Source of the DNA: Octopus sinensis
Lineage: Eukaryota
Assembly (NCBI RefSeq): GCF_006345805.1
Contig: NC_043013.1
Span: 23,374,001-23,438,000 of the forward strand
Length of the DNA: 64,000 nt
Reading direction: 5' to 3'
Position 1 is the stretch's first letter; each line of letters opens with the position of its first letter. The notes beneath the pieces are model-generated. The model was given only the letters and a program-made list of their open reading frames with translations, was not told where the DNA came from and made no database searches. This document shows, piece by piece, positions 41,519-53,504 of this stretch. The position numbers and the translations under genes were made by a program.

Positions 41519-41745
41519 ATGAGCTGGCAGAAACGTTAGCACGCCGGGCGAAATGCGTAGCCATATTTCGTCTGCTGTTACGTTCTGAGTTCAAATTCCG
41601 TCGAGGTCGACTTTGCCTTTCATCCTTTCGGGGTCGATAAATTAAGTACCAGTTACGCACTGGGGTCGATGTAATCGTCTTAATCCGTTTGTCTGTCTTT
41701 GTTTGTCCCCTCTGTGTTTAGCCTCTTGTGGGTAGTAAAGAAATA
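41519..41745 (+). mobile_element. SINE family B, young copy (core resembles the MetaSINE domain)
   Basis: gagctggcagaaacgttagcacgccgggcgaaatgc...gagttcaaattcc...gtcgactttgcctttcatcctttcggggtcgataaattaagtaccag. Confidence 0.9.
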
Positions 41746-43218
41746 TATATATAAAAATATATATATATGAAGAATGTGTTTACTATATGTTGTTGTACAC
41801 CTTTTACACTAGTTTTTAATTTATTTTTTTTTGGCTTGGGTCAAACACTAGAGTTTAAAGGTTATGGTCTGATGATGTGCATTTTCCGAGTCCCCCCTTC
41901 CCCCGTTCACGAGCACGCATTTTTTCATATTTGTTTACAGCAAGTTGTTTTACACCTATTACACTATATTTTTTTCTTTTTGCTTGGGTCAAACCCTTTA
42001 GTTTGACCGTTTGCTTTGCAACCATAAAATTCTGGCATCAATTTGGCTGTGGAGCACTTTGAATAGATATCGTTGCCTTGGACTGTCCAATACTGTAGGG
42101 GGGAGAAAAATATGGAAGACAGAAACTTTGCAGACACTCGTCTTTGTGAGTGTGAGAGAGAGAGAGTAAGGGAATGGCCAATAAATCAGTACATCAAACA
42201 AAAATATGATATTTAATCGAAATCATGTCTACCATCAGGATTTAATCATTTGAGAAGTAGACTAATAAAATAAATATCGGTTAAAGCAGAGAGGTTGATG
42301 AAATTGACGAAAACAGTTTAAAGCACTGACCAAGCTCGGACCTAGTCCAAGGATTGAAACCAATAAACGAAAGAAAATTCATATATCCCCCCCCCACACA
42401 CACACACACGCTCCCTTTCAGTAAAAGTATGAACATTGAAACCTCATTTCTTTCAATAACATTAAACACATTGGATACCAGTTAGAAATGAGAAGATACA
42501 GTCATTGTTGTGAGTTGGAAGGGTCATTATGCCAGTAATAACACATGCACTGGTTCAATATCACTTCTTTATTGTTAGTCTGCCCAGTCTAACAACTTAT
42601 TTGACTTGATTGAGAAATAATTGGCTATATAAGAGTAACTGAAAGTCCTGCTTTAATTCTTTGCTAAGTTAAGATGCTGTTAAAGACTTGTCTTCACTTG
42701 AGAGTCAAAGATATGTGGGACTGAGAGTTTGTCTCCCAAACTGTTGTTTGGTTCATCTTTATTTGTGAATCAAAATAGGTTTGCTAATTCAGTTTTCCAT
42801 GATTCTCTCTGCTCTTCTTTGCATAATACTCGCATGCATTTCATTCCTATTTCAAAACACACACACACACACACCACACACACACACACCACACACATGT
42901 TGATGTGTGCAGATGTGTAAACTGCTAGGACATTAAATCCATACCTATTCATCAAACCATGATATGGTTATATATACATACCTTGCATGAACACATATTC
43001 TGCATGAATCCATTATATGAATATACAAATTTTTTGCATGAAACTATAGAATGTAAATCCATGTTAACTCAACACCAAGTTGCCATTTAACTCTCCAAAA
43101 GCTCAACTTCAACAATTTGATGGTAACTCAATCCAAAGGCAACTAATTTAACGTTTACACACATCAAATTTCCCAAATAAAATTACATGCAATATTTACT
43201 TTGAAATATCATTTAAAC

Positions 43219-43266
<48 letters not shown>

Positions 43267-43454
43267 ATATGGGCAACCGGATCGAACCATCTCAAGTGTA
43301 ACTGCCCGAAATGGTCGTGACTTCTGGTACTTGACTGAGAAAAGGAAGTCACAAATGACCCATCTTTTTTGCCTGTCCTTCTAATTGTTGTTGTCTGCCT
43401 TTGTATTGTCTATCTGTCTGAACATTTTAATGCCCTCTATTGTGTTTTTGTTCC

Positions 43455-43494
<40 letters not shown>

Positions 43495-43496
<2 letters not shown>

Positions 43497-43850
43497 GTGG
43501 GAAGAAACTCAGGGAGAGCGTAACAGCAGGTGATTCTCAGAGGAGCAACCCCCTTTAGGCAAGTGTTTCGGCCTTTAGCTCCTGACATTCTTAGGGGGTC
43601 AGGCCACATCCGAGTCATGACTCCCGGATGTCCACCTGCTGTCCATTTTAGTACGCCTTGGGTGGGATTGGTTTCTCTGGTTTCTAGCACTGCTGTGATG
43701 TGTGCTGCGACCCTGAGAAGGGGCAAGTACTCATTTTCAGCAGGGTACGCTGGCGAGCACTCAGACAACCCATGTGTGAGGGTTCTTTTGTTCTCATGGT
43801 CCCAGCGGGATTCAAACCCAGATCGCCAGCTCCAGAGGTGCAGGCCTATA
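43495..43850 (-). mobile_element. GC-rich tRNA-derived SINE-like element (family E)
   Basis: The - strand has a tRNA-like anticodon arm (ctctggagc) and B-box gggtttgaatcccgctggg. Flanked by (TA)n. Confidence 0.55.
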
Positions 43851-43969
43851 TTTATATATATATATATAGAGAGAGAGAGAGATTACAAAAGGGATAAATT
43901 ACCCTGGCAGATACAAACTGTTATTGATGCCGCCTATCCCACCACAATCCAATGACATAGTATTTAAGC

Positions 43970-44197
43970 TTAACCCATTAAGTCCCAGAGTACTTAAATT
44001 TCTGAATATTTAAAATTTTTACAAATGATTGAAAATTAGGTTAAAAGGAAAAAAATAATTATTAAAACTCCTTTACTTCAAGTAGAAATGGAAATACTTG
44101 GTGTCTTATAAATAGGACACTGAGACAATGTGATATAGCTTGTTTAATGTTCTCATTTAGTGTCCTGTTTATAAGACAGTGGGACTAAATGGGTTAA
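43970..44197. mobile_element. piggyBac-type (TTAA) MITE
   Basis: TTAA-cccattaagtccca ... tgggactaaatggg-TTAA, with an internal inverted repeat gtcttataaataggacact / agtgtcctgtttataagac. Confidence 0.85.
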
Positions 44198-44708
44198 AAG
44201 AGATATTGACACTGGTCAGCTTCACTTGTATGTAGGTCAGTGTTATATATGCTGTAGAAAACATTTCTAATAAAAAAAGTTTGGGATATGAATAAATCTC
44301 CACTCTCCTCTTTGTTATCAATTATGCACACACACACACACACACATATAAATATTATTCATTGAAGTTTAGAAATGTACACAGATCTCTGTGTGCCGTT
44401 TGTCCTCCCCTTAAATGTGTTCATCTGGACGGGGCAAACAAAACAACGAACCAACTTTTTTCAGCTTCCAATCCAAAATTGGCATCACGTTAAAATGTTT
44501 TCCATATTTTTTCTTTGTAAGATTAGAAATGCTCATTAAATTGTCCAACTTCATCACAATTGTCTCAAGATATGTTGAGTAAATACTCAAGGAAGAAATT
44601 TATTCTGCATATAAGAACACATTCAGTGTTCTTTTGAAAAGTGGTCTGAGTGAGACAACCTGCCTTATGTACATGTGTGAGTGTGTGTGTACTGAAAGAA
44701 GCTCATTT

Positions 44709-44779
<71 letters not shown>

Positions 44780-44780
<1 letters not shown>

Positions 44781-45157
44781 CATCATCTTTGTCGTTTAAT
44801 GTCCACTTTCCATGCTGGCATGGGTTGGATGGTTTGACTAAGGATTGGTGAGCCAGAAGGCTGCACCAAACTCTAATCTGAACTGACAAAATTTCTATAG
44901 CTGGAAGTCCTTCCTAACGCCAACCACTCTGAGAGTGTAGTGGGTCGTTTTATGTGTCACTGGCACGAAGGCCAGTCAGATGCTACCGCCAACGACCACA
45001 TTCAAAAGGTGTTTTTTATGTGCCACCAGCATGGGAGCCAGTCTGGCAGCACTGGTAACAACCATGCTTGAATATTGGTTTTCACATGCCAGTAAAGTGA
45101 CGCTGGCAATGACCACGCTCGAATGGTGCTTTTTACGTGCCACCAGCACGGGAGCCA
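44780..45157 (-). mobile_element. Family C (RTE-like) repeat
   Basis: Shared terminus and sub-repeats. Confidence 0.8.
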
Positions 45158-45277
45158 CATATATGTATGTGTGTGTGTCTTTCTCCCACCACCACCACTT
45201 GATAATAACTGGTGCTGGTTTGTTTGTGCTCTCGTAACTTAGTGTTTTGCCAAAAGAGACTGATGGAGTAACAGGTC

Positions 45278-45470
45278 CCTCAGTGTGACATCTTGGCTGG
45301 TGCCTCAGTGTGACGTCTTGGATGGTGCCTCAGTGTGACGTCTTGGCTGGTGCCTCGGTGTGACGTCTTGGCTGGTGCCTCGGTGTGACGTCTTGGCTGG
45401 TGCTTCGGTGTGACGTCTTGGCTGGTGCCTCGGTGTGACGTCTTGGCTGGTGCCTCAGTGTGACATCTTG
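45278..45470. repeat. 25-bp minisatellite, ~7.7 copies (cctcrgtgtgacgtcttggctggtg)
   Basis: Direct tandem units with no spacers, embedded in a SINE A 3' half. Confidence 0.97.
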
Positions 45471-45535
45471 ACTGTTTCATTTAACAACTGAAACAGGTAA
45501 GACATAAAAGAAGAAATCATATACAAATAGAATTT

Positions 45536-45920
45536 TAGGCGTAGGAGTGGCTGTGTGGTAAGTAGCTTGTTTACCAACCACATGGTTCCGGGTTCAGTCC
45601 CACTGCGTGGCACCTTGGGCAAGTGTCTTCTACTATAGCCTCGGGCTGACTAAGGCCTTGTGAGTGGATTTGGTAGACGGAAACTGAAAGAAGCCCGTCG
45701 TATATATGTATATGTATATATATGTGTGTCTGTGTTTGTCCCCCCAACATCACTTGACAACTGATGCTGGTGTGTCTACATCCCCATAACATAGCGGTTC
45801 GGCAAAAGAGACCGCTAGAATAAGTACTAGGCTTACAAAGAATAAGTCCTGGGGTCAATTTGCTCGACTAAAGGCGGTGCTCCAGCATGACCGCAGTCAA
45901 ATGACTGAAACAAGTAAAAG
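45536..45920 (+). mobile_element. SINE family A, full-length
   Basis: Near-identical to 9236-9650. Confidence 0.93.
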
Positions 45921-46448
45921 GGTATATAATTTTGGTAATAAGTTTGTAATGTGCTTTGCAAGGATCCTCTCTGGCAATCAGAGGATAGGACTTCTGTTAC
46001 TGGATGTGCAAGTGGACATCTACACATATGTGTAGAGTATAAACAAAGAAATTTCAACACGAGCGGATGGATTGAACAGGCTTTATTACATTTCACTACA
46101 ATTGTTTCATCAGTTGCATCGTTATCAGCTGCTAATTGCCGAATGTTACATGTCTGCAATATTGTGCTAATATGATTCAATTACTGTAGACATGCAGCAA
46201 ACACTGCATACATGTAATATGCAGATTTATGAAACTGTGCATATTATGTGTGTTTGTATATATGCATATATATATATAACTACATATATATATATGTATA
46301 TATATATATATGTATGTATGTGTTTATATATTATCAATGCATGTATGAACACATGTGAATACATGTATTTACACATGTGGTATATATTTCTCTATATCTT
46401 GTTTAATTTTTTTCTTGTATTTTAATGACTCCCTGATTATTTTTCTAG

Positions 46449-46594
46449 GCAATACAGTACAAAATTTGACACTGAAATCTGGCATGGCCGTACACACACT
46501 GAGGTTCCTTTGGTGCGACTGGCTGAGTTTTCCGAGGAATTATTTGCAAGTTATTCTGGACCCGACTTAGGACTAGCATGTGAGGAAGTTAAAA
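46449..46594 (+). CDS. Internal coding exon of an unidentified gene (QYSTKFDTEIWHGRTHTEVPLVRLAEFSEELFASYSGPDLGLACEEVK)
   Basis: ctgattatttttctag| acceptor and AAA|gtaagt donor. 146 nt with only one open frame (phase 2 in, phase 1 out). Complex, GC-richer, CpG-retaining sequence. Confidence 0.75.
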
Positions 46595-46789
46595 GTAAGT
46601 CATCTTGTTTCATTGATGTTTCCTTTGAAAGGGTCACGGAGGTCATGATGGCCTGTGAAAGAAATTACACTTTATTTGCTTGTATATGTCTGTGAGCAAT
46701 GAAAAATGATTTGCTTTCAACTTGGGAATTGCTTCTCTTATTTCACTGGTGCTAATTTATGTGGTAGGTATTTTATCTTGAGATTTGGT

Positions 46790-47240
46790 CACAAGTCTCC
46801 TCATATCTCAAGAATTTTTCTTAGGATTCTTGCAGAATATAGGATGGTACTTTTCTGCAGCTTGACTATATGACTTTCAATTCCCATCTCTTCCAGGCAG
46901 CATTTTGGTTGATGCGCCAAGTGAACCAATTACCAAAGGAATAATTGTCTTAATCTTCCACAGAGTCTTCAGTTCTGTGGCTAGATCCTGATATTTCTCA
47001 ATTTTTTTTTCAATTTCTTTGTTATCGACTCTCCTATTATAGCGAACTGCAAAACCTACAATCTTACGCTGTTTATTTGTCTTCTAGAATCACATCTGGT
47101 CTTCTTGCTTTGATAGTATGGTCAGTCTTTATAGTGAAGCCCCACAAGATCCTGTACTTCTCATTTTCTATCACAGCCTCTCGTGTGTGTTCATTCCACT
47201 TTTCTGTTGTTTTGAAGCCACACTCTTGGCTAACATTCCA
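46790..47240 (-). mobile_element. R4/Dong-like (RLE endonuclease) LINE 3' fragment
   Basis: ENEKYRILWGFTIKTDHTIKARRPDVIL ... LQKSTILYSARILRKILEI*. Confidence 0.8.
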
Positions 47241-47599
47241 ATGTGCTCTTTTGCCTTTATTATCATCATTTTTTTTTCTTTCAATTTTGTTTCCATTTCT
47301 TGCCAAGTGTCTTCCCGACTTCTAGGGCAAAGAATCTCACTGCATACATTGATAGGCCTTTAAACTAAACACACCAGATTGTTCATTTTCAAAATAAAAG
47401 TTATGTAAGAAAAAATTACATTGGTGGTAATCATTCTCACATCAACAATGCTCTTCTCAATACATGTGACATACCAGTTATTATAATTCACATCATCATC
47501 ATCATCATTATAGATGTTGCACTGTATACACTATTGTAAGGTTGTTGATTGAAGACACTGTGTCTGCCAGGGGTTCATACTGTTTGTCAAGTCACAACA

Positions 47600-47925
47600 A
47601 GAACCTCAGACAGACAATACTTTATGCAATATGCGTGTAATTCCAAGTAATGCCGACTTTTGCAATACACCTAGATTGTAGGGTATTTCTAACGTTTCCA
47701 GATGTTTTTTTCAGACTGGGTGGTATTGAACCCACTGCTCTGATGACAATAGGGATAACCCTTAAGTTTGGCTCTTGTAGCTGCCACATCTTAGTGATCT
47801 CAGTTCTCAGGTCTCTATCAACCTTTTCTCTTTCTTTCATGATGATATGTTGATCTCCTGGCATTGCCACATTGATTATTAGGCACCCTTGTTTGTCCTT
47901 CCTAAAGGTTACTATATCCTATGTC
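47600..47925 (-). mobile_element. Second R4/Dong-like RLE fragment
   Basis: VAMPGDQHIIMKEREKV..DLRTEITKMW...VIPIVIRAVGSIP. Confidence 0.75.
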
Positions 47926-50785
47926 TATATTATTATTATATTACTGTGAAGCTGGTAAGCTAGCAGAATGGTTAGCTCACTGGACCAAATGCTTAGTGGC
48001 ATTTTCCTGGCTTTCTTTTCTGAATTCAAATGCTGTCAGGACTAGCTTTGTTATTTTACTTTCCAAGGTCAGCAAAATAAGTACCAGTCATGTACTGGGG
48101 TTGATACAATCAGCTTGCCCACCCCCTCTTCGAAATTGCTGGCCTTGTGCCTATAAAAGAAAATATCATCCTCATTGGGTATTGGGAATGTTGTCAGGTG
48201 CTCCTTTAATTTTTCTTGGTTGACAATAGAGTCGTTGGAACATCGGTCTTCATATTCTGTTGAAGGTTACAAGAGAGTATGAGCAACAATGGTTTACTAT
48301 CAGGGTTTATTGACAGTTTCTAAAAATTTCCACTTGGTCCAGCAGCAACACCCCAGTGCTGCTATGTCTGTTTTGGTCAAACTCTACGGGTAGAGGTTTG
48401 TAGCAGCTGTCAGCAACCAGACCTGTTCTAGAAGATCTTTCTTGTAAACTAGGTCAGTATGTGTGTGGTTTTATATTCAAGTGATATCAGGTGCAGGTTG
48501 GATCAGCCCTCTGCTTTCATTTGGGAATAAAGAACATAGCCTTCGTCCACCTGTGAGTTACGGGGAGGCTGTGTGCTGGGCAAACATGAAACATGTCTTT
48601 GTGTATGTGAGTATTTTATGTATTTCACATTTGTACTTCCACAATGTTTTGGGCCATTTGTAGCAATTAAAAGAAGTCCTTGTCGTTAGGGTGTTGTGCC
48701 AGAAAATTGGTAGAACTTGGGAGAAAAATGCCTTGTGGTATTTTGTTTCATCCCTTTATGGTCTGAGTTTAAATCTCACTGAGTTCAGTTTTGCCTTTCA
48801 TCTTTCTCAACTTCATAAAAAGAAAGTACCAGTAATGTACTAGGATCATTATAATTGACTGTACTCCTTTTCCAAACTTCAGGCCTGGTGCCAGAAATCA
48901 TCATCATCATCATCATCAGTAGTAGTAAGGAGCTGGTAATTTGACACAAAACTGATTTTTGTCTGGGTCTCTTATAATTAATTGAGCCAAATTACAGTAT
49001 ATTAATTGGTATTTCCATTACTCACCCACCCACCCACCCACTTTCCCAAAGCACCATCACCACCATCCCTAACACCTTCATACTGACTATTACATTGAGT
49101 GAAACCAAAGTTTACTAATAAACCTATTAAAAGCCTCCCCGCCACCCCTCCCCCTTTTCCATACAAAATGTCACCCTGCTCCCTCTAATGATTATTTCCT
49201 GCAATGTTTTCCGTTATTTTCTTTTAAACACCCCACAGTCCATCCCCCTCCACCTGCTTGCCCACCCTCTACCCCCTAATCTGCTAATGTTTTGGGCTTC
49301 TCTCCATTTGCATTTCTCTCATCTTTCTAATTATCAAACCCTTTATTATTCGTGTCTGACCTTTTTCATCTGCCCCCATTGCTTCTCTCTCTCTCTATCT
49401 TCCTTCCAACCAATGCTTTCTTTATCATGGCCACCACCAACTGATCCATTCCTCCTATGCAGGCATCAGACTCTTTTCCTCTCTTTCTACATTGCTCTCC
49501 CTTCTTTTCCTATCACCTACCCCCACCCCTCCACCTATCTTTATATTTTTCTGCCTTCATCCTTTTACCCCAACCTCATGCCTCTTACCAAATTCTCCTC
49601 ACTGTTTCTAACCCAATGATAAAACCCCCTACGTGGTCAGTTGCCCTGCTAGAAATAACAACCACATTTTTGATAATGTGATCTTGAGCACCTTGCATGT
49701 ATGTTACAAAAGGATGAGATGGTCATGCCTGGAATGTCTTTGATCATAGGTTTACTCAGTCAGATCCGACCTGGAGCTAAGCAACAACAACTGTTTCTGA
49801 TGGCCGTTTCTCCCATGCTCTCTCTCTCTCTCTCTCTCTCTCTCCAATGTCTCTTTTTCTTTATACATTTCACATCAATGCTCCTCCCTTTCTCTCAAAC
49901 CTCTCCTCCTCTTCCTCTGTTTCTTTCCACACACACACACACACACACACACACATTTCCACTCTCTCCTTTCCTCTTGACATTATACAAATGCATCGGC
50001 AGATGTCTACGGAGAGAGACGAAATGGTGGAGCTGGGGAAATACAAAAGATTTGTTACATCCATTTGCAGTCACCAGCAGCCTTAGTCCTTTTTCATTTT
50101 CCCTTTCCATTTGCAGACTGATTCAAGCTTTCCCTCATTCCCATATCCTCACACACAAAACACCACCACCACCACCCTCTTTCCACCCATCATAAACTCT
50201 ATACTTTATATTAATGTCAAACAATGTCTTCTCTGGGGTTTTTTTCTTTCCTTTTAATTTTTTTAAATGCTAATGTCGTTTACTCTTTTGTAATTAACTT
50301 TCCCTCTCATTCTGCTACAAAAAAAAACTGGATCTCTGTCAAGTTCAATAATGAATGTTCATTTATTCAGCCAATTGAACTTCCTATTCATTCGATTAAC
50401 ATAATGAATGTGAAATTGGCCGAGTATTCCAAGTACATATGTACCTTTTAACATAATCATCATGACCTGACCGAACTTTTGAATTATAAAAAGACACAGT
50501 CCATCCAATGAGCTTCTGCTGTTTTTGTTTGCTCCAAGATGGCATACGGTGGGATTGAACTTAGGATCTTCTGAACACAATCACCAAGGGTTCATCTATC
50601 AATGGCCCTTCATTATATCTGTAGTATCTTTCTACTTAGACTTGACTAACACACTTACTGGTAACTTTTCTGTATATTAGTGAAGTTAGTGTTAACATTT
50701 AGGTAAGAGAATATAAGGAACCTATTGAGAAATAATTATGGGATGAGGAGAAAAAAAATCTCAATATATCTCCATTGATATTATT

Positions 50786-51014
50786 TTAACCCTTTAGTGT
50801 TTGCATTATTCTACCAACATTAATCCTTTTTTATCCACATTGCCTTGAACTAATCAGGCATTATCTTGGTGCTATGAGATTTTGATGAGGTAGCTGTTAA
50901 TTTTTAAAACAATATTGTAGGGTTGGTGTGAGAGACCAGATCTGGCCAGTCTGAACATAAAACAGGTAGAATACTTTTGGCTGGATATGGCCGGTTTAAA
51001 TGCTAAAGGGTTAA
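50786..51014. mobile_element. piggyBac-type MITE, solo complete copy
   Basis: TTAA TSDs at 50786-89 and 51011-14. TIR ccctttag / ctaaaggg. Confidence 0.9.
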
Positions 51015-51698
51015 TTAATTTGACAAGTATGGGAGACAACTCTAGAAATGTTTCAGTCCGATTATGATCTTATCAGGAAAACTTAGATTTTGCCAAGGCA
51101 GGCAGTGATGAGAAAAGCACCAAGTAAATGTATGTACACAGAAACTAGAATTATAAAAAAAATAATGGCATCTCTGAGTAAGTTAGAATATTAGATGATC
51201 ACTAGTATGTATTATAGCAACCTCACAAGAATAAGAGACAGTATTGACTTCAGCAGGATCTGAAAATAGAACTAAAGGCGATGACACTTCTCTTGATAGT
51301 GCTTATGATCTGTTCTGCCACACCACTGTGTCTCCCAACTCTGCTGGTCTTTTGTTAATAATAATTTCATAGAGTGTTGAGTGCTACAAAATAAAGGAGT
51401 TTGCTTTTGGTTGGCTGGGACCACAACAGGGTTTCGGTTCTTAGGAGTTGAAGTAGTTTCATTTGTTTTTCTGTGAATATTCTTGGGGAGGGAGGGCCCC
51501 AGCAGGATCTTTATTCATCATCTTCTTACTGTTCCCTCCAACAAACCCGGAGCATTTATGTCTAATCAAAAGAAACTAATTTCAGTTTTAAGTTTTAAAA
51601 TATTCTTTGAATATTGAAATATAGGTGCAGTTGCATAATAAAAAGTTTGCTTCCCAATCACATGGTTCTGAGTTACCTTCGGCAAGTGTCTTCTACTG

Positions 51699-51769
<71 letters not shown>

Positions 51770-51773
<4 letters not shown>

Positions 51774-51875
51774 GCAGCATGGAAGGTGTTTATAAGCTAT
51801 TTAAGAAACACACACATATATATGTCATGTAGTGTGTTTCTTAAATGGCTTATAAACACCTTCCACGCTGCAATT
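51770..51875. repeat. 44-bp-arm near-perfect inverted repeat
   Basis: aattgcagcatggaaggtgtttataagctatttaagaaacacac / gtgtgtttcttaaatggcttataaacaccttccacgctgcaatt, with 2 differences and an 18-nt spacer. Confidence 0.95.
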
Positions 51876-52539
51876 GTTTTCGTTCCAGCACACAATGTCA
51901 GATCAGGTCACCTGCTATGCAAGTACATCTCTGTAATATATATTTGTGTTTATCTTCCACTACTGCCTGACAAAGAATGTTGGTTTGCTTATGTACACGT
52001 CATATAGCAGTTCAGCAAATGAGGTCGATAGAATAAGTACCACTCTTAAAAATAAGTTCTGCAGTTGGCTTGCTCATCGAAACGTTTCCAAGGTGGTGCC
52101 CCAGTATGGCAGTAGTCCAATAGCTAAAACAAGAGAAAGATAAAAAAAATTCCAGGTATAATACCAGTAATAAACCATGTCATATGAGGCTGAAGTAAAG
52201 TAGAATGCCTGAAGTATGGGGGAAAAAATCTGAATTTTTAGAACCCGACTTGCCATGATCTGTTCACTTCATGCCCCCCCCCCCACCCCTGCTGGCTCTC
52301 TTGTCTCAACTCTGTGTTGATGTCCACAGACACACACACACAACAACAACAACAGCAACAACAACATCATACAGGTCACAGATCACAGTTTACCTAATCT
52401 CCCAGGCTATTAATTAGTGATTTTATAATTGGAATTAGGAAAGCAGTGATTAAGTAGTTGTGCTGGAGGCAGATAGGTTTACAACAAGCTTTAGGTGTGT
52501 GTGTGTGTGCACGTGCATTTATCTATGTATATGTGTATG

Positions 52540-52583
<44 letters not shown>

Positions 52584-52620
52584 CATACACACACACCTAT
52601 CAAAGTAAGTATATATGCAC

Positions 52621-52663
<43 letters not shown>

Positions 52664-52879
52664 CACACACACACCTATCAAAGTAAGTATGTATATATAT
52701 TTATATATACACACACACACACCTATCAGAGTAAGTATGTATATATATGTATGTATATACTTACTTTGATAGGTTTCGGCCAGTATTGGTCCAGGCCATG
52801 TCTAACTTAAAAGCTCCACCTGGCGAAGGCATTCAAATCAAGATTCGGACATGGCCCACTTAATTATAGAGAGTTATTG

Positions 52880-53452
52880 ATAAGTGCCAATCTCTGTGGA
52901 GAGAACCTGTGGTAGAAGTAGTCCCAGGAAGACATGGGATGAGGTGGTGAAGCATGATCTTTAACTTTGAGCCTCACAAAGGCAATGACTGCTGACCGAG
53001 ACCTTTGGCGATGTGCTGTGCTTGAGAGGACCCATCAAGCTTGGTGCATCTGTGCTGGTGGCACGTAAAGGACATCTTTTAAACGTTGGGTGTCATGAGG
53101 CAAAGTGGCTGAGTTCCTTTCAATCACTGGGCCCCATAAAGGCAATGACTGAGACCTTTGGCATTACGTTGTGCTTCAGAAGAAAACCAATCAAATGCCA
53201 AGCAAAATTGTTGTCGTGGCAGATACTGGGGTCATGTAGAGGCTCCCCAGTGTCATGCAAATGGCACCTGTGCTGGTGGAACATAAAAACACCCATTACA
53301 CTCTTGGAGTGGTTGGCGTTAGGAAGGGCATCCAGCTGTAGAAACCATGCCAGATCAGATTGGAGTCTGGTGTTGCCTTCCAGCATGCCAGCTCAGTCAA
53401 ACTGTCCAACCCATGCCAGCATGGACAATGGACGTTAAACAATGATGATGAT
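52880..53452 (+). mobile_element. Family C / RTE-like 3' region
   Basis: RTE ORF-end-like ggaagacatgggatgaggtggtgaag, duplicated gagacctttggc sub-repeats and a (gat)n tail. Confidence 0.75.
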
Positions 53453-53504
53453 GTTATATATACATATATATATAGACACACACACACACACACACACACA
53501 CATA

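Noticed and set aside
45278-45470. CRISPR-like array
   Set aside because: Units are contiguous with no unique spacers, the context is eukaryotic, and there are no cas genes.
46449-46594. Assignment as an RGS domain (EFSEE...LACEEVK resembles EFSEENxxFWLACEExK)
   Set aside because: Spacing is 11 rather than 5 residues and the conserved N and FW are absent, so no gene symbol is given. An HMM search would be needed.
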